This document shows, piece after piece, positions 1-11,600 of a stretch of 64,000 nt of DNA. The stretch is from assembly GCF_030144855.1 (NCBI RefSeq), contig NC_082728.1, positions 34,286,001 through 34,350,000 on the forward strand, in the 5' to 3' direction. Source of the DNA: Hypanus sabinus. Its lineage: Eukaryota. The position numbers and the translations under genes are program-made. Every line of letters begins with the position of its first letter. Within the stretch, counting starts at the first letter, position 1. Below the pieces are notes generated by a model. It saw only the letters and a list, made by a program, of their open reading frames with translations. It searched no databases and was not told the origin of the DNA.

Positions 1-479
1 CAGAGAAAGCTACACTAGACTACAGACCTACACAGGACTGCATAAAAAACACAAAACACAAAAACAGTGCAGGCATTACAATAAATAATAAACAGGACAA
101 TAGGGTTAAGGTGTCAGTCCAGGCTTCGGGCATCATCACCGTATGTAAAACCTTTATTACCCTTTATAACCTATAACCTACATTTTCTCTTTCTGTAGAA
201 TTTAAAACAGAGTTGAGGGGAAAATTTTCACTCAGTGAGATACAAGTCATCTGAACTCTCATCTGTGGAAGTGAGTGCAATATTACAATGTTCTTTTGTT
301 TAAAGCCAAGATGGATAGCTTCTCATGAAGCAATAGTGAAAGGTTACTGCTAGACTAGAATGTGGAGTTGAGGTTACGATCCAATCAGCCATAATTTCAT
401 GAAATGGCAGAGGAAGCTCAAGCAGTTGAGTGTTCTACTCCTACTCTTGAATTTTATTTCTGCTCATATCATCCACCAT

Positions 480-1780
480 TGTCCCTATACCAAAAAAGGC
501 CAAGGTAACATATTTAAACAACTGGTGTCCTGTAGCACTCACCTCAATAATAAGCAAATGCTTTGAGAAGCTGGTCAAGGATTACATCTGCAGCATGCTA
601 CCACTCAAACTGTAATCCCTACAATTCACCTAAGGACACAACTGATTGACAGATGATGAGATCGACAGTCACTGCTTTACACACTGTCCTTACACATCTG
701 GAGAAGAAGGATGCTTACGTGAGAATGCTGTTCTTGGACTACAGTTCAGCATTCAATTCCCTCCAGGCTCAACAGGAAGATCAGAGGCCTCGGCCTTGAC
801 CCTGCCTTACGCAGCCGGATCCTGGGCTTCCTGTCAGATCACCGGCAGGTGGTAAGAGTGGGCTTCTTCACATCCACCCCTCTGACTCTCAACACAGGAG
901 CCCCTCAGGGTTGTGTACTAAGTCCCCTCCTTTACTCCCTGCATACCCATGACTGTGTTGCCACCCACAGCTCTAACCTGCTAATTAAATTTGCCACGAC
1001 ACTACACTGATTGGCCTAATCTCAAACAAAAACAAGGTGGCCTATAGGGAAGAAGTCATCTCTCTGAGACAGAGGTGTCAAGAAAACAGCCTCTTCCTCA
1101 ATGTCACAAAAACAAAGGAGCTGGTTGTGGACTACAGCAGGAATGGAGATAGGCTAACCCCTATTGACATCAATGCATTTGGGTTTGAGAGGGTAAACAG
1201 CTATAAATTCCTCGGCATCCACATCACCAAGAACCTCACATGGTCTGTACACACCAAGGCACAACAGCACCTCTTTCACCTCAGATGGTTGAGGAAGTTT
1301 GGTGTAGGCCCCCAAATCCTAAGAACTTTCTACATGGGCACAATTGAGAGCATCCTGACTGGCTGCATCACTGCCTGGAATGGGAACTGTACCTTCCTTA
1401 ACTGCAAGATTCCGCAGAGAGTGGCGTGGACAGCCCAAAGCATCTGTAGTTGTGAACTTCCCATGATTCAGGACATCTACAAAGACAGGTGTGAAAAAAC
1501 GGCCCGAAGGATCATTGGGGACCTGAGCCACCCCAACCTCAATCTATTCCGGCTACTACCATCTGAGAAACGGTACCGCAGCATAAAAGCCAGGACCACC
1601 AGGCCATCAGACTGATTAACTCGCGCCGATTTGAGTGTATTTCTATCTTACATTCACTGTCCTATTTATTATAAATTATTATTAATTACTATGATTGCCC
1701 ATTGTACAATTAAACGGAGACGTAACGTAAAGATTTTTACTCCTCTTGTATGTGAAGAAAAAATGTGAATTCAATTCAAT
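480..1780 (+). mobile_element. Rex1/Babar-type non-LTR retrotransposon, 3' RT fragment (decayed)
   Basis: [38 protein letters not shown], and ORF 1037-1615 (LNVTKTKELVVDY...YKFLGIHIT.NLTW...IESILTGCITAWNGN). Ends in an (ATTCA)n tail at ~1768-1782. Confidence 0.85.
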
Positions 1781-2044
1781 TCGATGTCTGTTAGAAATAT
1801 GATCCAGTGGCACCACCTCATGGTGATTCTCTGATCTACATGTGTTTGTACCATTTCAGAGAACGGAGGAATTCCAAGAGTTATTCCAATCCGGTTTTAA
1901 GCTTCAGCCACAAAATCTTTCTTCTGACCATTATCTTAATTAATATCACTACACCAGAATAAGCGAAAACTACTGAATAATTATCTATAAAAGGTCCTTC
2001 CACATTCTATCACACAGGACCACCACTGCATCGAATCTTTATTT

Positions 2045-2348
2045 CTTTATCTTCATTTTTATTTAGTGATACAATGCAAACCAGGCCTTTCCATCCCAAC
2101 GAGCCGCATCAGTCAGAAATCCACCGATATAACCCTAGCCTAATCACAGGACAATTTACAATGACCAATTAACCTACTCACCAGTACGTATTTGGAATGT
2201 GGGAGGAAACCGGAGCACCTGGAGGAAACACAGAAGCTCACAGGAAGGACATACAAACTTTGTAGAGACGCATCAGAATTGAGCCCTAAACCCCCATGTC
2301 CTGAGCGGTTAAAGCGTCGTGCTACCTGCTACACTATCGTGGTGTCCT
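2045..2348 (-). mobile_element. tRNA-derived V-SINE (other copies ~33490-33740+, ~43962-44140+, ~44700-44935-, ~46170-46515-, ~48318-48485-, ~56897-57265+, ~61460-61760-)
   Basis: V-domain tgtgggaggaaaccggagcacctggaggaaac and a tRNA-like head at the right end. Confidence 0.75.
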
Positions 2349-3231
2349 TTCTGGACCAAGGCCGCTAAGATTGCGATTATGCCATCTTTAATCAAGAGCT
2401 GCAAAAAGAAGATACACAAATTGCTAAGCTATAGACAGCAAAAAGACATTTTATATTTAAGATGGATAGATTCTTAATTAATCAGGACATCAAAGATTAC
2501 AGGGAGGAAGCAGGAGAATGGTTTTGAGAGGGATAATAAATCAGCCATGATGGAATAGCAGAGCAGACTCAATGGACCAAATGGGCTAATTTTCCTCCTA
2601 TGGTCTTATGATTCAAAATCTGAGAAACAAATCATGAAATTTGTTTTGTTGTTTAAGAGAAGTGAGTGAGTGAGCTTGATAGAGACATGGATGACAAGAA
2701 TGCAGCAATTTTGAATAAACTATACAGTGCCCTTAAAGCACTGCAATTGTAGTTAATGAGGGAAAATAAATAACATTTGGTGGTTAGGGGACGACAGGGA
2801 AGAATATGTCAACAGCAACACCCAAGACCTTCATAAAAAAAAACATGAAATGGGGTTGAACAATTTATGAAAAAAAACATTATAGTATTTCAATAGGAAT
2901 GTACTGTATGAGAAAAGGGTAGCTTGATTCTGTAGGTGGCACTTAATAAGGTTTATTTTAGCATTATACAGGTAAACTCCAAAAATGCAGCATGTTTATG
3001 AATTTGATTATGGGGGAACTGGCAAATTTTCCACACAGTTATTTGTTATTTCTGTTAATAATACCCACAATTTTGTCATTCATCTTTTATTTTTTTCGAT
3101 GTTACTGTGCATAATAAAGGATGTTCCAGTAAACCAGGTAAGTGGGAAAGGTACACGGAAACTAGGGTCCTGGCAAGTGAAAACATCAGATAGCCAATCA
3201 GAGTTTTACTGCATTTATCAGGAGAAGCACT

Positions 3232-3265
3232 GTCGACGTTTCGGGCCGAGACCCTTCGTCAGGAC
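3232..3265 (-). ncRNA. Minimal hammerhead ribozyme motif in Penelope pLTR
   Basis: Exact reverse complement of the 4608-4641 motif. Confidence 0.75.
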
Positions 3266-4607
3266 CAACTGAGAGGAAAGATAGTAAGAGATTTGAAAGT
3301 AGTGGGAGGAGGGGGAAATGCGAAATGATAGGAGAAGACCGGAGGGGGTGGGATGAAGCTAAGAGCTGGAAAGGTGATTGGCTAAAGTGATACAGAGCAG
3401 GAGAAGGGAAAGGATCATGGGACCGGAGGCCTCAGGAGAAAGAAAGGGGGAGGGTGGGAAGCACCAGAGGGAGATGGAGAGCAGGCAAACAACTAAATAT
3501 GTCAGGGATGGGGTAAGAAGGGGAGGAGGGGCATTAACGGAAGTTAGAGAAATCAATGTTCATGCCATCAGGTTGTTCCTCCAACCTGAGTTTGGATTCA
3601 TTTTGACAGTAGAGGAGGCCATGGATAGACATATCAGAATGGGAATGGGACGTGGAATTAAAATGTGTGGCCACTGGAAGATCCTGCTTTCTCTGGCGGA
3701 CCAAGCATAGGTGTTCAGCGAAACGGTCTCCCAGTCTGCGTCGGGTCTCACCAATATATAAAAGGCCACACCGGGATCACCGGACGCAGTATACCACACC
3801 AGCCGACTCACAGGTGAAGTGTTGCCTCACCTGGAAGGACTGTCTGGGGCCCTGAACAGTGTGTGTAAGGAAGTGTAAGGGCAGGTGTAGCACTTGTTCC
3901 GCTTAACAAGGATAAGTGCCAGGAGGGAGATCGGTGGGATCGGTGGGAAGGGATGGGGGGGACAAGTGGACAAGGGAGTCGCCTAGGGAGCAATCCCTGT
4001 GGAAAGCAGAAGGGGGGGGAGGGAAAGATGTGCTTGGTAGTGGGATCCCGTTGTAGGTGGCGTAAGTTATGGAGAATTATACGTTGGACCTGGAGGCTGG
4101 TGGGGTGGTTGGTGAGGACAAGGGGAACCCTATCCCGAGTGGGGTGGCATGCGGATGGGGTGAGGGTAGGTGTGCGGGAAATGGGAGAGATGCATTTGAG
4201 AGCAGAGTTGATGGTGGAAGAAGGGAAGCTCCTTTGTTTAAAAAAGGAAGACATCTCCTTCGTCCTGGAATGAAAAGTCTCATCCTGAGAGCAGATGCGA
4301 CGGAGACGGAGGAATTGTGAGAAGGGGATAGCATGCCCCTCCTCCCCTTCTTACCCCATCCCTGACATATTTAGTTGTTTGCCCGTTCTCCATCTCCCTC
4401 TGGTGCTTCCACCCCCCCCCCCCCCACTTTCTTTCTCCTGAGGCCTCCCATCCCATGATCCTTTTCCTTCTCCAGCTCTGTATCACTTTTGCCAAACACC
4501 TCTCTAGCTCTTAGCTTCATCCCACCCCCTCCGGTCTTCTCCTATCTTTTTGCATTTCCCCCTCCCCCCATTACTTTCAAATCTCTTACTATCTTTCCTG
4601 TCAGTTA

Positions 4608-4641
4608 GTCCTGACGAAGGGTCTCGGCCCGAAACGTCGAC
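4608..4641 (+). ncRNA. Minimal hammerhead ribozyme motif in Penelope pLTR
   Basis: gtc-CTGACGA-a-GGGT(CTCG)GCCC-GAAACGTC-gac: hammerhead core CUGANGA, stem II, GAAA, palindromic minimal stem III (ACGU), UC cleavage site and a short stem I. Confidence 0.75.
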
Positions 4642-5980
4642 AGTGCTTCTCCTTATAGATGCTGCCTGGCCTGCTGTGTTCCATCAGTATTTTGTGTGTA
4701 TTGTTTGAATTTCCAGCATCTGCAGATTTCCTCGTGTTTTACTGCATTTGCTACTTTGGCTGCTAGAGTAAGAGGAGACAATTTCATTCAAGAAGAGTAC
4801 TATTGCAGTTGTAGCCTCTGTCCAGACAATCAGATTCAGGTTTAATCTCACTGGCATATGTCATAAAATTTGTTGTTTAGCAGCAGCAGTATATTGCAGT
4901 ACATAAGAATAAAAACTATAAGTTACAATAAGAAATTTAGAGATATTAAGTAAGTAGAGCAAAACGAGCAAACAAAAGTGAGGCAGTGTTCATTGGTTCA
5001 TTGTCTGTTCAAAAAGCTGGCGGAAATTTTGGATCGTACTTTGCTGGGCCATGCTGGGTGCTCAAATTCTTAAAGGATTGAACAGCCCAGACTTTCAGAC
5101 ACAACAACAGAGTCCAATCCTGGCATAAATCCTCAGAATATGCATATGAAATATCCACTTATATCCAGCATCGGGTCAGGTACCAATGATTTCAATGGCA
5201 ACAAAAATAGCTGAATTCAACTATTCAACCCAACTATGCACAGCAAGCATTTTCAAGCATTTCTTACAACTTTTTACAGCCAAAGCTAGAGGAAGGCCTT
5301 GATATGACAGGGATGACAGCTATCAAAGGCCAGCTTGGCATTTGGGACACATACCATCATCACTTTTCTGCAAAGTGCCCGGTTTCAGTTCAGACTGTGC
5401 AGCCTAACCCTGGAGTGTACAGTCCTGATGATGCTGGCATACCACATCAAACCAGCAAAGGAATGGTGAACTTTACACCTTACAGCTTCAAAGTACTTTG
5501 AAGCCTTTACTTGACAGATCCACGAAAAAATAAATGACTGGTTCAGTTGTTTCACAGGTCTGAGGTGCATGACAAATGCTAGGCATACTGCTCTCAATCT
5601 CTTAATTCTAAGGTCTTGTTTAAGCCTAACTAAAGACCAACAATAGTAAATGTTCTAAGATGTTTCATATGGATGTCAGGCAAAATTTAAAAACTAGCTT
5701 ACAACTTTGTTAACTGCGTTCTGAAACATCTTAAAGAGGGAAAAGAGAAATAGTGAAGCAGTTCAGAAAGGCAAATCTAAATCTTGCTGCAGAGTTTCAG
5801 GAATTTCTTGAATGAAAGATCCACTTGTTCACATTCAGTAAAATATTCATGCCTCCCCCAAAACCTGACAAACACCCAATGGAACCACAGGCTGCCTGTT
5901 TAAAATGAGTTGGACCTGTCTAGAGATTCCAACTTTGCTGGCTGCCCCTGAACAAGGATAAGCAGCATTCTGAAAATGCT

Positions 5981-6090
5981 AGCAACACACACAAAATGCT
6001 GGAGGAACTCAGCAGGCCAGGCAGCATCTATGGAAAAAAGTACAGTCGATGTTTTGGGTTGAAACCCTTTGGCAAGACTGGACTGCAGTG
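5981..6090 (-). mobile_element. Short Penelope pLTR-derived insert
   Basis: gcaacacacacaaaatgctggaggaactcagcaggccaggcagcatcta... with a decayed hammerhead. Perfect 14-bp TSD ATTCTGAAAATGCT at 5967-5980 and 6091-6104. Confidence 0.8.
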
Positions 6091-6429
6091 ATTCTGAAAA
6101 TGCTGTTATGGACTTTCTAACGACATTACTTCAATGATGCTCAACTATCATGGACCTCCTATAATCCTCCATTCTTACACCCAAGTGCATTGCACACCCA
6201 CCTTGAGATGTTGGCAGCTGACTGTATGGTTGGCACCAGCAGAGAAATTCAGGAATGATCAAGAGCTTGAAATCAGGTATATACAGATATCTCAATGTAG
6301 GCATCCTCTCACCCTGGGATTTATACCCACAATTCTAACTCAAAGGCAAACACTTCATTTTTGAGTATCTATGTCAAAGAAAAGTTTGATTTAATAAATA
6401 TGCCTCATTTAAGTACATCCCAACACATC

Positions 6430-7380
6430 TACTACAAAAGAATGCTGATAGTGGAAATCTAGAGTAACATACAAAGGACTGGAAGAATTCAGCGGGCCAG
6501 ACAGCATCCATGGGGGGAAATGAGCAGCCAAGGTTCTAGGTTGAGGCCCTTCATCAGGAGAGGAAAGAAAAAGGAGAAAGCCAGAACAAAAACGTGGGTG
6601 AAAGAGATGAAGCAAGAACTGGCGGGTGACAGGTGGATCCCAGTGAGGGGGTTGATAGGGAGGTGAGAGAAGGAAGACAGGGGGCGTGATGTCAAATGCT
6701 GGGAAGCAATAAGTGGAAGTAACAAAGGGCCAAAGAAGATGGAGTCTGATAAAACAGTGGACCATGGAATACAGGGAAAGAGATGGGGAGGGAAACCAGT
6801 GTGGGGGAGGGGTATATTTTGGTATAACACAGAAGACCCTTCCAGCCCTTTGAGCTATACCACCCAGCAACCTCCAATTTAACTCCAGCTCAATCATGGG
6901 AGAATTTACAATGACTGATTTAACCTACCAACCAGTATGTCTTTAGACTGTGGGAGGAAACTGCAGCACCCAGAGGAAACCCACATGGTCACAGAAAGAA
7001 TGCACAAACACCTTACAGACACTGGCGAAAATTGAACCCGGGTTGACGGTACTGTTAAGCTTTGCGCTAACGACTAGGCTACTGTGCTGCCCCATACGTG
7101 TGGGTGATAGGCACATGGAGTGATCTGGGAGAGGAAAGTGATAGGGTGTTAGGAACTAGTGGGTAAAAAAAGGGGATAGGACAGAAGGACAGAGAGGAGT
7201 GATTACTAGTGGAGAAATCAACATTCATGCTGTCAGGTTGGAGACTACCAAGGTGTAATATTAGGTACTCTTCCTCTATTTTGCATCTAGTCTCAATTTG
7301 GCAGTGGATGAAGTTATAAACAGACAAGGCAGTGTGGGAATGGGAAGTGGAATTAAAATGGCTGGACAACAGAGATCACT
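6430..7380 (-). mobile_element. Degenerate Penelope-like fragment interrupted by a V-SINE (~6815-7092)
   Basis: pLTR-like sequence at 6430-6810, then the ORF-track relic SSHFNSTSHSHTALSV...[15 protein letters not shown] at 7200-7369. The SINE has the V-domain tgtgggaggaaactgcagcacccagaggaaacccac. Confidence 0.7.
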
Positions 7381-8686
7381 GTTGATACAAACACTGTAGC
7401 TCAATTAACATACCATCCCACCTCACCCCATTCATACTGCCACCACTTCTGCTCTTCAACATATCCGACAGAGAAGCTTTCAAGCTGATGCTTGATTGAA
7501 AGAATCAATATGGCTGCGATCTGGATTTCAGAGTAGAAAGGTGTCATGTTTATACTTGAAGGTAATATAGTACACCAGGAGTGTTTCAACACCAAAACTT
7601 CAAACAAAAAACTCATAGCTGCACATGCTAATGTCTAGGGAAATCAAAATTATTGGCAAACATCCCCCTTCTAAACTCTTGATGGAGGGGTGGGGGGAGT
7701 TGGAAATCACTGAAAAGTCACTGAAGATGTCTGGGTCTAGGGTATTGCCCCAACGAACTGCAGCAGTGATGAGGTGACTGACCTCCAACATTCCTCTGTG
7801 TGAGGAATGGCCAACCACTTGAATGATTGAGCCTTGACGCTCTGTCTTCACTTTGACCAGAATTGTTTGATGCCACAATTGGTCAAATCTTCCTCCTAGT
7901 GACAAGGGCAGTCTCTATCACTTTGCCTCTGGAATTCAGTTTTGCAGTCCATGTTTGGACCAAGGCTGTGCAGGAGGTATAGAGCCAACATATCCTGGCA
8001 AAGTTCAAACTGAGCAGAGTATTGGTGAGTAAGGGGCACTTGACAGCGTAGTAGGTGACTCCTTCCATCACTTACTGTTTGCAGTAAAACAATGATGACT
8101 TCTGGAGCAGAATGCTCATGGCAAAACTGGAACTAGGCATTGGGGAGCAATTTATTGGTGAGTAAATGCCCCTAAAAACCACAGTTGACAACAGCTTCCA
8201 TCACTGTAAGATGGTTGAGACTAATAGATTAGATTTGACTAGCAATCCACAAAAAAGCAGGGCAATTTTTGGGTAAAGTTCCCAAACTGCCAGGTGTATG
8301 GCACTGTTATACTCAACAATAATGCTTAGTTAGAATCACAGCTGGTTATGGAACACAGGTCATCAGTATTATATCCACAGTATTGTCTAGCTTCAGCCTT
8401 GACTTTACCATTCACATACAAGGCTGGTCACTATTGGAGTCTCTTTGGCTTCACTGCTAAACTGCCCACCACTATTCATGATTAGATATGGCAGGATCAT
8501 GAAGCTGATGATAAGATTGCCTCATTCTGTCCATGATGCTGTTGGAATAAAGACAGTCCTAAGTTGCAAATTTACCAGGTTGACAAATATTCAGTACGCT
8601 GGCCATCAGTTACAAATAATACATATTGATTCTGCGGATAAATTGTATCAGCAGAATCTAATTTATAGAAAGAATCAAATACTGAC

Positions 8687-11600
8687 CTGCAAACTGTTGG
8701 TAATTTTCATAATCTTTGGAACATGGTACTTCAAAAAATTTTCCTTCTAAGATATCAGTCTGCCGAGCAAACACTTCTTTAGAATCGTTCTCGTCCAGAT
8801 AATCCCAAAGCACAACCAAACAAAGCACAGAAAGGGTAACTAATATCAGAACTGCAAACCACTTCCACCAGGTTGCTTGCTTGGATTTGTTCCTTTTGAT
8901 ACTGTAAATAAAGTAAAAAAATTGAACATATTATTAACTTGTAGGATAACTTGGGAGTTAACAGTTTCTACACAATTATCAAATACATAATGAATTTTAT
9001 TAGCAATTCAAAATACTAAATTGTTTATCCATTTGTCACTAGTTTCTGAAATAGAAATACAACTACTGTAGCGGTGTGCTACACGCAGCGCTAAAATTAC
9101 GACACGGAGTCGGTAACTGCAGTCAAAGGAAAAAACTTTATTCGAAAACTTCAGCCTCACTTTTAAGCCCCCCATGGCGCAGAGGCTCCAAAGCTCTGTG
9201 CTCGCAAACCCCCGTAGGTTATCTAATTGTGAGTCGGTTCGGATGCAAAAGGAAATGGGTCGCCACATAACCCTCCCCTAGAACCGGCGATACACCCCCC
9301 AATGTCCACAGTCTGGGCCAGAACCTGCTTGGGAGGTCGGCCTCTGCGCCGAGGCGCCGGAAACTCAGCCGGATGCACCAGGTCCACATGGGCCGGTTTG
9401 AGGCGGTCCACCGTGAAAACCTCCTCTTTCCCCCCAACATCCAGCACGAACGTGGACCCGTTGCTCTGGAGCACCATAAACGGCCCCTCGTATGGCCGCT
9501 GTAGCGGCGGCCGATGCCCGCCCCTTCGTACAAACACAAACTTACAGTTCTGTAGGTCTTTGGGTACGCAGGTCGGGTGCCGCCCGTGCTGTGAAGTGGG
9601 TATGGGGGCCAGGTTACCGAGCTTCTCGCGTAGTCTGCCCAGGACTGCTGCGGGTTCTTCCTCTTGCCCCCTTGGGGCTGGTAGGAACTCCCCGGGGACG
9701 ACCAGGGGCGCGCTGTATACCAACTCGGCTGACGAGGCGTGCAGGTCGTCCTTGGGCGCTGTGCGGATGCGGAGTAGGACCCAGGGAAGCTCGTCCACCC
9801 AGTTGGCTCCTCGCAGGCGGGCCATGAGGGCCGACTTCAGGTGACGGTGGAAACGCTCCACTAGCCCGTTCGACTGTGGGTGGTAGGCAGTTGTGTGGTG
9901 CAGCTGAGTCCCCAAAAGGCTGGCCATAGCTGACCACAGGCTGGAGGTGAACTGGGCGCCTCTGTCGGAGGTAATGTGGGCTGGTACACCAAAGCGAGAT
10001 ATCCAGGTGGCGATCAGGGCTCGGGCGCAAGATTCGGAGGTGGTGTCGGTGAGCGGGACCGCCTCTGGCCATCTTGTGAACCGGTCCACGATAGTCAGGA
10101 GGTGCCGCGCTCCGCGCAACACTGGCAGGGGGCCCACGATATCCATATTAATGTGGTCGAAACGCCGGTGGGCGGGATGGAACTGCTGCGGTGGGGCTTT
10201 GGTGTGCCGCTGCACCTTGGCCGTCTGGCAGTGCATGCACGTTTTGGCCCATTCACTGACCTGTTTGCGGAGTCAGTGCCAAACGAACCTGCTGGAAACC
10301 ATCCGGACAGTTGTCCGGATGGAGGGATGCGCCAAGTTATGAATGGAGTCGAAAACGCGGCGCCGCCATGCTGTCGGGACGACTGGACGGGGCTGGCCGG
10401 TGGCGACATCACAGAGTAGGGTCCTCTCACCTGGGCCTACGGGGAGGTCCTGGAGCTGCAAACCGGAGACTGCGGTTCTGTAACTCGGAATCTCCTCATC
10501 CGCCTGCTGCGCCTCTGCCAATGCCTCAAAGTCTACCCCTTGGGAAAGGGCATGAACGGTAGGGCGAGAGAGCGCATCCGCCACGACATTGTCCTTACCC
10601 GAGACGTGCCGGATATCCGTCGTGTATTCAGAGATGTAGGACAGGTGGCGTTGCTGGCGGGACGACCAGGGGTCGGACGCTTTCGTAAACGCAAAGGTAA
10701 GCGGTTTGTGGTCTGTGAACGCGGTGAAGGGCCGACCTAGGAAGTACCTGAAATGCCGGATTGCCAGGTAGAGCGCCAACAGTTCCCGGTCGAAAGCACT
10801 GTACTTAAGCTCGGGTGGTCGCAGGTGTTTGCTGAAAAACGCCAGGGGTTGCCAGCGACCTGCGATGAGTTGCTCCAGCACCCCACCGACTGCCGTGTTT
10901 GATGCGTCCACTGTGAGGGCGGTAGGGGGGTCCATTCTGGGATGTACTAGCATTGTGGCGTCCGCCAAAGCTTCCTTCGTTTGAACGAAAGCGGCGGCGG
11001 ACTCCTCGTCCCAGGTAATGTCCTTGCTCGGACTCGACATCAGGGCGAACAGGGGGCGCATGATCCGGGCAGCTGAAGGGAGGAAGCGGCGGTAGAAATT
11101 GACCATACCTACGAATTCCTGAAGGCCTTTGATCGTGGTGGGTCGGGGAAAGAGGCGGACCGCATCTACCTTAGCGGGCAGAGGGGTTGCCCCGTCTTTA
11201 GTAATCCTGTGGCCCAGGAAGTCAATGGTATCGAGTCCGAACTGGCATTTGGCGGGGTTGATTGTAAGACCGTACTCACTCAGTCGGGCGCAGAGTTGAC
11301 GGAGGTGGGACAGATGCTCCTGACGACTGCTGCTGGCTATGAGGATGTCATCCAAATAGATGAACGCGAAGTCCAGGTCCCGTCCCACCGCGTCCATTAA
11401 CCGCTGGAACGTCTGTGCGGCATTCTTCAGGCCGAACGGCATGCGGAGGAACTCGAAAAGGCCGAAAGGGGTGATGAGAGCCGTTTTGGGGACGTCGTCA
11501 GGATGCATCGGGATTTGATGGTACCCTCGGACGAGGTCTACCTTGGAGAAGATCCGTGCGCCGTGCAGGTTTGCTGCAAAGTCCTGAATGTGCGGCACAG

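Larger units (their letters stand above)
3217..4735. mobile_element. Penelope-like retroelement, 5'-truncated (RT end plus GIY-YIG endonuclease, minus strand) with an inverted pLTR
   Basis: The minus strand carries GIY-YIG-type coding relics (GVVYCVR..CGLLYIGETRRRLGDRFAEHL; [24 protein letters not shown]). Inverted arms ~3219-3534 and ~4333-4651. Flanking direct repeat GTTTTACTGCATTT at 3203-3216 and 4736-4749. Confidence 0.88.

Noticed and set aside
6040-6560. Additional functional hammerheads (also ~14655, ~36795, ~44550, ~49672)
   Set aside because: Core CUGANGA or GAAAC positions are mutated, so I treated them as decayed relics.
1-8686. OGFOD3 exon 3 (expected CTP.KCGR)
   Set aside because: I found no matching minus-strand exon by eye. 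It probably lies left of the window.
9223-9300. env-like third ORF
   Set aside because: The integrase runs straight into the PPT and LTR, leaving no room for env.
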